This document shows, piece by piece, positions 1 through 10,589 of a stretch of DNA of 21,429 nucleotides. The notes under the pieces were generated by a model. It made no database searches, was not told the DNA's origin, and worked only from the letters and a program-made list of their open reading frames with translations. The stretch is from NCBI RefSeq assembly GCF_006345805.1, contig NW_021823736.1, positions 1 to 21,429 of the forward strand. Direction: 5' to 3'. Numbering within the stretch: position 1 is the stretch's first letter; every line of letters starts with the position of its first letter. The DNA is from Octopus sinensis. Taxonomy: Eukaryota. Both the position numbers and the translations under genes were made by a program.

Positions 1-55
1 CGGGTCAGCAGTACTTTATACGATGGTGTATACACACGTATATGTAATTTTACTC

Positions 56-340
56 ATACACACACACACATATATACAAACACATATATACATTTATATA
101 TATATATATGCATATATGCATAAGTATATATATATATATATATATATATATTCACATATATATATAAATATACACGTACATACATTTATTTACATATGTA
201 AATATATATATATATATAAATCTATATATACACAGACATATATATACGCCAGTTTATGTATATATATGCATGTGTGCTTGTTTGTGACTTAGCGTAGTTA
301 GGTATGTATATAGGCATAGCACGAATATGCATGCATATGG

Positions 341-378
<38 letters not shown>

Positions 379-756
379 GTGGGGGGAGTGTTGGTATGTA
401 CACCTTTGTATGTATGTATATGAACAGTTAGAAGTAGAATTACATATATATGCCGAAAACATACAAACACATGTACATACATACATGTATACATACATAC
501 ATACATACATACATGTATACATATATGCAAGAATACTTTTTTCCTTTTCGGATAATGTGATCAAATTGCATACTCTACGGTATGGAGGCTTCTTTGTTTT
601 CGTTTGCTGTTACCGTATACGTGAAAATATGTATACGTTTGCATATATATTTATAAGTTTTTCACCACATACACCACCCTGTGCACCCATATGTATGGTA
701 TATATATAGTATATATATATATATATATAATATATATATATATAGATTATATATAT

Positions 757-794
<38 letters not shown>

Positions 795-871
795 TGTATG
801 TATGTTTGTATGTATGTATGTATGTATGTATTCAGGTATGTATGTATGTATGTGTGTACAGATAGATATAT

Positions 872-906
<35 letters not shown>

Positions 907-1052
907 GATAGATAGATAGATAGATAGTATGTATGTATGTATGTATGTATGTATGTATGTATGTAGTATGTATGTATGTATGTATGTATGTATTCAGGAT
1001 GATGTAAATGTGTATACAGATAGATAAATATATATATATATATATATAGAAG

Positions 1053-1130
<78 letters not shown>

Positions 1131-1239
1131 TAGATAATAGATCCGAAGATCCGTTTATATACATGTTACATATACATACATTTATAAGCAAATTGATATA
1201 TACATATACATAAATTCATATATATATGGGTATATATAT

Positions 1240-1289
<50 letters not shown>

Positions 1290-1316
1290 TTATATGTATA
1301 TACCTATATAAATATA

Positions 1317-1365
<49 letters not shown>

Positions 1366-1385
1366 TTATGTATGTATATATACAT
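56..1385. repeat. Compound microsatellite field: (TA)n, (TATG)n, (TAGA)n, (CA/TG)n
   Basis: Directly visible arrays with short unique spacers. The TA/TAGA/TATG block ending in TTCAGG occurs twice (about 831 and 993). Confidence 0.97.
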
Positions 1386-1857
1386 AGCTTACTACCCAGA
1401 TATGTGTACATAAGTGTGTACTTTTGTGCTTATGTTTGTGTGTGTGTATGTTTGTTTTGTTGAAAGTGTGAAAAACTTTCACAGGATAATGTTTCACCGC
1501 GGAAAAAGGACATTCACTCACACGCGCGTCCCTCTACATGCCCACAAATAAACAAACAAGAAGCCCCCCTCTTTCAAACACACATGCCTTCGTGCAAGCC
1601 GGCCTACACATACACACATGCACATATGTAATGTTTCGTACATGTATGTATGTATATATGTGCCTTTGCCCCCCAGTGTCTGGGCGTGCGTATCTGTACA
1701 TATACATATGTCACAGCAATCATATTCACATATCTACGTAATTCGTGTTAACATATATTCACACATATAAAACCAAGTAAATACATACATTCATACCTAC
1801 CTACATACATACAACGTGCAAATACGTATGCAATAATACATATATGCATTCATAAAT

Positions 1858-2030
1858 TTATACATACGCAGTTACATACACGCGCAAAGATAATATATAC
1901 GCAGATATATACATTCGCAATGAGAATATATACGCAGTTATGTACATGAACAAAGAATATATATACGCAGATATATACATTTGAAAAGAGCATATATATG
2001 CAGAATGTATATGCATACACAAACACCAAA
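1858..2030. repeat. Degenerate ~30-bp minisatellite (core ATATATACGCAG)
   Basis: About five imperfect copies of AAGA..ATATATACGCAG(A/T)TATATACAT. Confidence 0.75.
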
Positions 2031-2110
2031 AAGATGTGCAAAACTATGGATAACTGCTTCTGAAGCACCACCTTCTAAATCCGGTTAATAAATTTAAATT
2101 TATACCCATT

Positions 2111-2533
2111 AGGCGCAGGAGTGGCTGTGTGGTAAGTAGCTTGCTAACCAACCACATGGTTCCGGGTTCAGTCCCACTGCGTGGCATCTTGGGCAAGTGT
2201 CTTCTGCTATAGCCCCGGGCCGACCAATGCCTTGTGAGTGGATTTGGTAGACGGAAACTGAAAGAAGCCTGTCGTATATATGTATGTATATATATATATA
2301 TGTGTGTGTGTGTGTTTGTGTGTCTGTGTTTGTACCCCTAACATTGCTTGACAACCGATGCTGGTGTGTTTACGTCCCCGTCACTTAGCGGTTCGGCAAA
2401 AGAGACCGATAGAATAAGTACTGGGCTTGCAAAGAATAAGTCCCGGGGTCGATTTGCTCGACTAAAGGCGGTGCTCCAGTATGGCCGCAGTCAAATGATT
2501 GAAACAAGTAAAAGAGTAAAGAGTAAAAGAGTA
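2111..2533 (+). mobile_element. tRNA-derived SINE family A (CORE-like central domain, internal TA/TG microsatellite), full length
   Basis: A box TGGCTGTGTGG and B box GGTTCAGTCCC, then CTTGGGCAAGTG resembling the CORE domain, an internal microsatellite, a 3' module and an (AAGAGTA)n tail. Several homologous copies occur in the window. Confidence 0.9.
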
Positions 2534-2778
2534 TTATAATGATATAAGTAATAATTTGGACATAGACTTTGTGAGTAAATCCCTAAGTGACAATCTAGAA
2601 AAGCGGGGGTTTTCAAAAACGAGAAACTAACCGGTTAACAGACACATTGCAAGTAAGCGGAACAAGAGTTATCTCATGTTTAAAATGTGACTTTGTTTTT
2701 GTTATCAGTATCCCAATTCCGGATCTTTGTATCTTTGTTGGAAACCAGCTTTTCCTAAAGAGGAAGACTTCAAATAAT

Positions 2779-3152
2779 GGATGGAAGCACTCCGTCGGTT
2801 ACGACGATGAGGGTTCCGGTTGATCCGATTCAACGGTACAGCCTGCTCGTGAAATTAACGTGTAAGTGGCTGAGCACTCCACAGACATGTGCACCCTTAA
2901 CGTAGTTCTCGGGGATATTCAGTGCGACACAGAGAGTGACAAGGCCGGCCCTTTGAAATACAGGTACCACAGAAACAGGAAGTAAGAGTGAGAGAAAGTT
3001 GTGGCGAAAGAGTACAGCCGGGATCCAACCATCCCCTGCCGGAGCCTCGTGGAGCTTTTAGGTGTTTTCGCTCAATAAACACTCACAATGCCCGGTCTGG
3101 GAATCGAAACCGCGAGTCCGCTGCCCTAACCACAGGGCCATTGCGCCTCCAC
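2779..3152 (-). mobile_element. tRNA-derived SINE family B, copy 1
   Basis: Head GTGGAGGCGCAATGG with A/B boxes and a (TCCA)n tail. 12-bp TSD ACTTCAAATAAT at 2767-2778 and 3153-3164. The head has a 14-bp deletion. Confidence 0.95.
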
Positions 3153-3806
3153 ACTTCAAATAATAAAAATTAGAACAGTCCACGCATACGGACGTATTAA
3201 CGTATATGCAGGCATACCTCACCCTACGTCGGTGAAGACTTAAGTGGAATTTACTGGTCTCGAGGCTAAACCGATAATAACCATTCTCTGTTCTGTATTA
3301 TATTTATAAATGCATTTTCAAGAATACATGCTTAATAAAAACTTATTTTAAGCTTACAAACAAAATGTAATCTAAATTTACGAATACAGTTTGGCTTTGT
3401 TTACCATACATCGCGGACACTTTATTTATGAATGCGGTCTGCAATAGGATATCGTAAAATAAAAGCCATTTTTCAGCTTAAAAAACAAATTCAGTAATTA
3501 TTATTATTTTGCAATAGTAAAAAAAAAACTAAATTGTTTAAAATTTACCAATACATATATAAAATTTAGTGGTTCACATCAGGGATGTAGATGGCTGTGG
3601 ATCGTCAACATCAACAGCTGACTTTGGCCGTTCTTATTGTTGATGCGCTTAAAAGAAACCGGTTGAGAGTTCCTTGAACTATTTTCTTTTTCCCTCAAGG
3701 ATTACATTATTAGGAGCAAAAGCTATGTGACAAGTCCCCAAAATCTTGGAAAAGAGTTGAGCATTTGGATTCATATACTCGAACATAGAAAGACCTTTTG
3801 CCGGTA

Positions 3807-4196
3807 TGGATGGAAGCACTCCGTCGGTTACGACGATGAGGGTTCCGGTTGATCCGAATCAACGGAACAGCCTGCTCGTGAAATTAACGTGTAAGTGGCT
3901 GAGCACTCCACAGACACGTGCACCCTTAACGTAGTTCTCGGGGATATTCAGCGTGACACAGAGAGTGACAAGACCGGCCATTTGAAATACAGGTACAACA
4001 GAAACAGGAAGTAAGAGTGAGAGAAAGTTGTGGTGAAAGAGTACAGCAGGGATCACCACCATCCCCTGCCGGAGCCTCGTGGAGCTTTTAGGTGTTTTCG
4101 CTCAAAAAACACTCACAACGCCCGGTCTGGGAATCGAAACCGCGATCCTATGACCGCGAGTCCGCTGGCCTAACCACTGGGCCATTGCGCCTCCAC
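3807..4196 (-). mobile_element. SINE family B, copy 2 (inside the transposase, no TSD)
   Basis: Full-length match to the other B copies. The flanks (CCGGTA / GATACA) are not duplicated. Confidence 0.95.
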
Positions 4197-4457
4197 GATA
4201 CACAAGTAATGGCTTTAACTTAAAATCTCCTTCACGATTACGTCCCACCGTAATGTTCAGCGTTCTTTTGAGACCTCGAATAGTTTTCTCCTCCTTAGAA
4301 ACGAATGAACAGTCTCGTAAATTTTCCCAATACAATCCAGTTTCGTCTACGTTAATAATCTGTTCGGGAAGAAACCTGTTTTCTTCGATGATTTTCTTTA
4401 ATGCATTAGGAAATTCTGCTGCTGCTTGTTCGTCAGCTGATGCACTCTCACCTTGCA

Positions 4458-4841
4458 TGGACGTTATCAAAGAAGCTTGAGAGGCGGTTGGATGGAACCT
4501 ACACTCGCCTCCTTATGAGAGCTCAAAATCTCTCGTGGAAGCGCCATCCAACCAAAATGCAAATATATGGGAAACTACCACCTGTGTCATCTCTTGTGAA
4601 AGGTAGGAGAGTCCAGTTTGCTGGACATTGTTGTAGAGCTGAAAACGAGGTAATTTCTACTCTTTTCCTCTGGAAACCATCTACTCGCAATACCAGAGGG
4701 CGCACACTCTCCTACCCTGATGTAATCTCCAGGGATACAGGCATCCAGCAACAGGACCTCCGTAATGCCATGATGGACCGTGAAGTCTGGCGTAGCATGG
4801 TAAATTCCATTGTCTCGACCACGGTCGAAGAATGATGATGA
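4458..4841 (+). mobile_element. 5'-truncated RTE-type LINE 3' end (family R1) with (TGA)n tail
   Basis: ORF WTLSKKLERRLDGTYTRLL..RRVQFAGHC..GRTLSYPD..MMDREVWR resembles the RTE ORF C-terminus. Stop at 4833-4835 followed by TGATGA. Homologous copies at 13485 and 19820. Confidence 0.85.
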
Positions 4842-5762
4842 GTAATGGTGTGACAACTTCTTCACTGCTTAAATCTCATGAACCATTCTTGACTTGCCTT
4901 CAACTCTACATCTTTCTCATCTGGATATTTTTCTTCAGGTCCTCAAAGACAACGCTTTCTCTCGAATGATCTCTTGACTAATAGCAGCACGCTGACAAGA
5001 CAAACTAACAATGCAAAGAGAAAGAAGTCTTTCCATTTCTTCAAAGATTTTGCCTCTTTTCTTATTGATGACAGTGTTCTTCATCCCTGGGGCTTCAGAT
5101 TTGATATGAGCTAAAATCTTGTCCTTATTGTGTACAATTGTCGATAGAGTTGTCCGACTCATCCCAGAAGATTGTGCAATCGCTCCCATTTTTTCACCTT
5201 TTTCATGGCGTTTTATCGCAACCAGTTTATCTACCAGCATTATAGCATGACACTTACCACTTTAACTATGAATTCTTTTAGGAGCCATGGTGACAAAAAA
5301 TAATGTCACAAATGAATAAGAATGACAAAGTAGCCGATAAACAGACGTAAACAAATCTGAATTCAAAATATTCGTGGGAATCAGGAGTCAAAGCGACGCA
5401 TAACGGTAGATATTGGAACTACAGTGCAATATGAGCCCCGAAACACCGATAAATAAGACAGCAGAACTGATTTCATTATTCCGTTCGCTGAGCTGCACTA
5501 CTTTATGGTGTGTATCTTAACATTTACTGTACGCGTTTTAATTTGATTTTATATGCTTTTATTCTTACTTATTGTACAGTAACATGATTCTATGTGCTTT
5601 TATCGGTTTTCTAATGATTTTGTGATTCCAATACTTGTGGCAGACAGATGTAAAGTCCAGTAAAATGACTTAAGTTGATTTTTATATTTCCATATATATT
5701 TTTTGAGAACCGACGTATAATCTAGAACCACTGAAATCGAAGCGGCTTAAGCCGAGGTATGC

Positions 5763-5797
<35 letters not shown>

Positions 5798-5835
5798 CAT
5801 ACATACATACATACATACATACATACATGCATACA

Positions 5836-5868
<33 letters not shown>

Positions 5869-5870
5869 AT

Positions 5871-6312
5871 ACCTTGTGCAACTGTATTCTACAATATCCT
5901 CGAGCCGACCAAAGCCTTGTGAGTGGATTTGGTAGACGGAAACTGAAAGAAGCCCGTTGTATATATATATATATATAAACTGTACTTGAAGAAGAAGAAA
6001 CGAAGCGAAACGAATCGAATCGACGCGAGGGCGCTCAGTCATACAATAGTGTAATAAATAAAATATATGCATACATACATACATATATGTACGTACCTAC
6101 ATCTACATGTATATATACATGCATATATAAATATATATACGTGAGTACAGGACACCACAAATAGACGTAGAACTCAACGAGAAACGAAAACGTAAAAACA
6201 AGTATGGAACGGACCTTTTTTTAACAACGAAAAAACAGAGTACAAGACAAACTACACAAGGAAAAATCCCCTTCATCAGCTGTCCCTAGTTCAACTCCAG
6301 CGTGTTTCGAAG

Positions 6313-6349
<37 letters not shown>

Positions 6350-6556
6350 TGGCCACTAACTCACCAAGTTTGTGTCTGTGTTTGTACCCCCGATGTCGTT
6401 ACGTCCCCGTAACATAGCGGTTCGACAAAAAGACGTCGATAGAATAAGTACTAGGCTTACAAAAAATACGTCCTGGGGTCGATTTGCTCGACTAAAAGGT
6501 GATGATCCAGCATGGCCTCAGTCAAATCACTGAAAACAATTAAAGAATAAAAGAAT

Positions 6557-6558
<2 letters not shown>
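5871..6558 (+). mobile_element. SINE family A, 5'-truncated, interrupted in its internal microsatellite
   Basis: 5' half (GCCGACCAAAGCCTTGTGAGTGGATTTGGTAGACGG) at 5871-5960 and 3' half (TGTGTCTGTGTTTGTACCCC..GGGGTCGATTTGCTCGAC) at 6369-6558. Confidence 0.85.
5978..6315. mobile_element. Unclassified ~340-bp insertion bounded by (TA)n
   Basis: Non-SINE sequence separating the two halves of a SINE A copy, with (TA)n on both sides. Family not identified. Confidence 0.5.
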
Positions 6559-6607
<49 letters not shown>

Positions 6608-6610
<3 letters not shown>

Positions 6611-6896
6611 GGTCCCGGGTTGAGTCGGGGTAAACCACAGTAAATAAGTACTCAATACATAGCAGAGTAAAGTAATTTATTTTATAGAAGGAGCTTCTAC
6701 AGGACTAGAACTGTTTCATTCAGATGAAATCTTCAGGAAGCTGGCTGTCAAAATAAGTTCTGGTATTTATTCATTTAGGTAGATTTAATGGAGTGGTGGT
6801 GGCAGGGGGGGACGTTTTTTGGGTAGGTTGGTATTTAGGAGATAAACAGGTCACAGGCTATTGTTCTTAGGGGAGTGGTCAAAAGGCCAGAGCTTT
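6608..6896 (-). mobile_element. 289-bp non-coding element in (TA)n carrying a hammerhead motif (Penelope-like or retrozyme-like)
   Basis: Unique sequence flanked on both sides by long (TA)n and containing the fold at 6692-6742. The class assignment is inference. Confidence 0.55.
6692..6742 (-). ncRNA. Type I hammerhead ribozyme motif (family 2)
   Basis: Minus strand: AGCUUC-CUGAAGA-U UUC AUCU GAA U-GAAA-CAG UUCUAGUC CUG-UA-GAAGCU. Stem I is 6 perfect bp, stem II 3 bp with U/U at its base, stem III 3 bp plus A-U, and the cleavage triplet is GUA. Confidence 0.72.
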
Positions 6897-6898
6897 AT

Positions 6899-6967
<69 letters not shown>

Positions 6968-7128
6968 GTGCATACATGCATATATACTTCATAATATGTC
7001 TTGCCTATTACTATAGATGTACTGGGCTATGTGTGAGCTGATCCGCAATAAAACACCGGAATAATGGTATAGAACCGGAAATTACAAGGTAAAAAGACAC
7101 GCACCTTTCAAATTTAATCTGTTATTGG

Positions 7129-7514
7129 TGGAAGCACTCCGTCGGTTACGACGATGAGGGTTCCGGTTGATCCGAATCAACAAAACAGCCTGCTCGTGAA
7201 ATTAACGTGTCAGTGGCTGAGCACTCCACAGACACGTGTACCCTTAACGTAGTTCTCGGGGATATTCAGCGTGACACAGAGAGTGACAAGGCCGGCCCTT
7301 TGGAATACAGGTACAACAGAAACAGGAAGTAAGAGTGAGAGAAAGTTGTGGTGAAAGAGTACAGCAGGGATCACCACCATCCCCTGCCGGAGCCTCGTGG
7401 AGCTTTTAGGTGTTTTCGCTCAATAAACACTCACAACACCCGGTCTGGGAATCGAAACCGCGATCCTATGACCGCGAGTCCGCTGCCCTAACCACTGGGC
7501 CATTGCGCCTCCAC
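7129..7514 (-). mobile_element. SINE family B, copy 3
   Basis: Full-length match to the other B copies. No clear TSD. Confidence 0.95.
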
Positions 7515-7760
7515 GGTTCTTTTAGTAACCTCTCCTCTGCCGGGAATCCAATATTACTGCTAAGTCATTACAGTATCGGCACTTGCAATTCCAGCGCTTA
7601 CACGTTTCAGTCTCCCGTTTCCTATCATTTGTGAATACAGCTCTCAGATTCTTAAATTTCTCTACTTGCTTCCGTGGTCTTCCAGTAACATGCAGAGTTT
7701 ATTGAGAGAAACTTTTTCTGAGACAATGAGGGTCTCTGCTTCTGGAATAACCCTGTAGTC
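7515..7760 (-). mobile_element. Degenerate RTE-type reverse transcriptase fragment
   Basis: Minus-strand translation EAETLIVS..TLHVTGRPRKQVEKFKNLRAVFTNDRKRE.. resembles the QVEKFKYLG..FT.DG motif at the end of RTE RT domains. Confidence 0.6.
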
Positions 7761-7985
7761 AGAATAACGCAAACGTACACAAAAAATATTTGGAGGCAGA
7801 GGGAAACCGGATGTGGTGACAATCAGAATTGCAGAATAAATAGGGTGTGGAACAATTTAGGAGAGCAATGAACTTTAAGGAGCAACCGGAAGTATATGGA
7901 GGAGATGGTGCGACATAAATGTCTAGTGGTCTATAGCGAAAATTTGGCAAGGATAGGCGAGGGATTGAAATAATAACAACGAAGA

Positions 7986-8016
<31 letters not shown>

Positions 8017-8086
8017 CGTAGTAGTAGTAGTCGTAGTAGTAGTAGTAGTAGTAGTAGTGTAGTAATAATAATAATAACTATTCTTA

Positions 8087-8125
<39 letters not shown>

Positions 8126-8226
8126 GTAGTAGTAGTAGTAGTAGTAGTGGTAGTAATAATAATAATAATAATGACTATTATTATTATTATTATTATTACT
8201 ACTAGTACTACTACTACTACTTCTAC

Positions 8227-8278
<52 letters not shown>

Positions 8279-8549
8279 ACAGCAATAACAACAACAATAA
8301 TAATGATAACAAGGACAACGACGATGAGGAGGAGGAAGTGGCAGAAGTGGAAGAAGTGGATGATGATGGTGATGAGGATGCTGATGATGACTGTGGTAGT
8401 GGTAGTAGTAGTAGTGGTGGGGGAGAAGCGATGTTGGGGGGACAAACACAGACACATATTTATATATGTATGCATGTATATATTATATATATATATTATA
8501 TATATATATAAATATATATGTATATATATATTTATATTTATATATATAT

Positions 8550-8629
<80 letters not shown>

Positions 8630-8638
8630 TATATATAT
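7986..8638. repeat. (TAG)n/(ATT)n/(GAT)n trinucleotide arrays followed by (TA)n
   Basis: Directly visible. Confidence 0.97.
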
Positions 8639-8978
8639 AATTAAAAATGAGGGTGTCTAAAAGACACCAACATGCCGAAATAGCAGTCGAAACTCTGACT
8701 ATAAAACCACGTTAAATGTTCATATCGCACCATGAGGTAAAGCGGAGGGACAAAACATACAAGCAAAAATATTGAATAATCCAAGATCCAAGGATTTCTG
8801 GTTCTGCTTTAGATAACCAGAAATCCTTGGATCTTGGATTATTCAATAATTTTGCTTGTATGTTTTGTCCCTCCGCTTTACCTCATGGTGCGATATGAAC
8901 ATTTAACGTGGTTTTATAGTCAGAGTTCGACTGCTATTTCGGCATGTTGGTGTCTTTTAGACACCCTCATTTTTAATT
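8639..8978. repeat. Near-perfect palindrome with 165/164-bp arms and an 11-bp spacer
   Basis: 8639-8803 is the reverse complement of 8815-8978, with one substitution and one 1-bp indel. Confidence 0.95.
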
Positions 8979-9063
8979 GTTAAAAATTTTCTTAACTTTG
9001 TAAGGTATTTCTTTCATGCTGGTCACTTGATAATTTCGACACTTAAATATCGATATTATCCTC
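8815..9063 (+). mobile_element. Unclassified structured repeat 'P', copy 1
   Basis: Homologous over ~175 bp to 20384-20562 (opposite strand), ends in (TA)n, and contains multiple hairpins. Confidence 0.65.
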
Positions 9064-9078
9064 ATATATAATATATAG

Positions 9079-9113
<35 letters not shown>

Positions 9114-9350
9114 TAAGGGTAGAAATTGATATTTATCAATTAAGACCAGTGGTCTAGCATATTAAAAAAGAATCCGAAGATTAAAATATTTATATATACC
9201 AATAAGGACTGAACACGAAAAGTGGACAGTCAACATGCTAGATATAGACGTCAAATCGCCATTCACCACAAAAGATTATGTTCTCAGATCAAACTCAACA
9301 CAAAACCATAGCAATAAACAAGTGAAAAATATACGAAATAAAATAATTAC

Positions 9351-9415
9351 CCATGTACTAAATTAGTTTCAGCTGTTATTTTCCGCAAGGAAAACTGCAG
9401 CCATCATCAGCATGG
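9351..9415 (-). ncRNA. Type I hammerhead ribozyme (family 1), copy 1
   Basis: Exact reverse complement of the 10085-10149 motif. Confidence 0.85.
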
Positions 9416-10084
9416 TCCGTTATAAATGTAATTTGCTGGACTAGATGCAAACACGATACCGAAATATCGCGTGCATGGAGTTCAGCCTATTACATTTGAA
9501 TATATCTTTCAAATGCCTTTACTTTGGCGCGTTGGAACCCGAGAAAACCAGCCTGCAGCTAATAATTAGCAGCAGTTAATTTATCGGTTAGAGAACATAT
9601 TTATTTATATAAAATTAATTAAGGGTAGAAATTGATATTTATCAATTAAGACCAGTGGTCTAGCATATTAAAAAAGAATCCGAAGATAAAATATTTATAT
9701 ATACCAATTAAGGACTGAACACGAAAAGTGGACAGTCAACATGCTAGATATAGACGTCAAATCGCCATTCACCACAAAAGATTATGTTCTCATTGGTATA
9801 TATAAATATTTTAATCTTCGGATTCTTTTTTAATATGCTAGACCACTGGTCTTAATTGATAAATATCAATTTCTACCCTTAATTAATTTTATATAAATAA
9901 ATATGTTCTCTAACCGATAAATTAACTGCTGCTAATTATTAGCTGCAGGCTGGTTTTCTCGGGTTCCAACGCGCCAAAGTAAAGGCATTTGAAAGATATT
10001 TCAAATGTAATAGGCTGAACTCCATGCACGCGATATTTCGGTATCGTGTTTGCATCTAGTCCAGCAAATTACATTTATAACGGA

Positions 10085-10149
10085 CCATGCTGATGATGGC
10101 TGCAGTTTTCCTTGCGGAAAATAACAGCTGAAACTAATTTAGTACATGG
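10085..10149 (+). ncRNA. Type I hammerhead ribozyme (family 1), copy 2
   Basis: CCAUG-CUGAUGA-U-GGCUG cag UUUUCC uugc GGAAAA uaa CAGCU-GAAA-CUA auu UAG-UA-CAUGG. All three stems and the core are present. Predicted cut 3' of A10144. Confidence 0.87.
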
Positions 10150-10589
10150 GTAATTATTTTTTTCGTATATTTTCACTTGTTTATTGCTATGGTTTGTGTT
10201 GAGTTTGATCTGAGAACACATAATCTTTTGTGGTGAATGGCGATTTGACGTCTATATCTAGCATGTTGACTGTCCACTTTTCGTGTTCAGTCCTTAATTG
10301 GTATATATAAATATTTTAATCTTCGGATTCTTTTTTAATATGCTAGACCACCGGTCTTAATTGATAAATATCAATTTCTACCCTTAATTAATTTTATATA
10401 AATAAATATGTTCTCTAACCGATAAATTAACTGCTGCTAATTATTAGCTGCAGGCTGGTTTTCTCGGGTTCCAACGCGCCAAAGTAAAGGCATTTGAAAG
10501 ATATATTCAAATGTAATAGGCTGAACTCATGCACGCGATATTTCGGTATCGTGTTTGCATCTAGTCCAGCAAATTACATTTATAACGGA

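Larger units (their letters stand above)
3600..5288 (-). pseudogene. Disrupted pogo/Tigger DDE transposase (CENP-B-type HTH domains, start of DDE domain, C-terminus)
   Basis: From ATG 5288: MAPKRIHS*SGK..KLVAIKRHEKGEK..IREKAL, frameshifts, ASQEWFMRFK, then QGESASAD..QIINVDETGLYW..DFKLKPLLVY (4459-4197), and C-terminal FEYMNPN..KKKIVQGTLNRF (below 3806). Stops, frameshifts and a missing central part. Confidence 0.9.
3209..5765 (-). mobile_element. Decayed Tigger/pogo-type (Tc1/mariner superfamily) DNA transposon with both termini and two nested insertions
   Basis: TIRs CAGGCATACCTC (3209-3220) and GAGGTATGCATG (5754-5765, then TA). Subterminal inverted motifs TACGTCGGT/ACCGACGTA (3225/5709) and ACTTAAGT..TTTACTGG. 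Transposase remnants lie inside. Confidence 0.88.

Noticed and set aside
23-2071. ORFs rich in YI/YM/HT repeats (also at 5722-6084, 8466-8660, 12434-12737, 14276-14743)
   Set aside because: They are translations of (TA)n, (TATG)n and (CA)n microsatellites and contain no protein motif.
3859-4062. Recurrent ORF MVVIPAVLFHHNF.. (also at 13185, 13758, 19439)
   Set aside because: Incidental frame inside SINE B. It recurs only because the SINE recurs.
6258-6313. Minus-strand GAAAC followed by CUGAUGA, a possible permuted (type II) hammerhead
   Set aside because: I could not form stems I and III around a valid NUH site, and stem II is mostly wobble pairs. It may be a decayed relic; a family consensus would decide.
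7759-8563. Long poly-T/I/N/V/L ORFs
   Set aside because: Trinucleotide microsatellites open in several frames on both strands.
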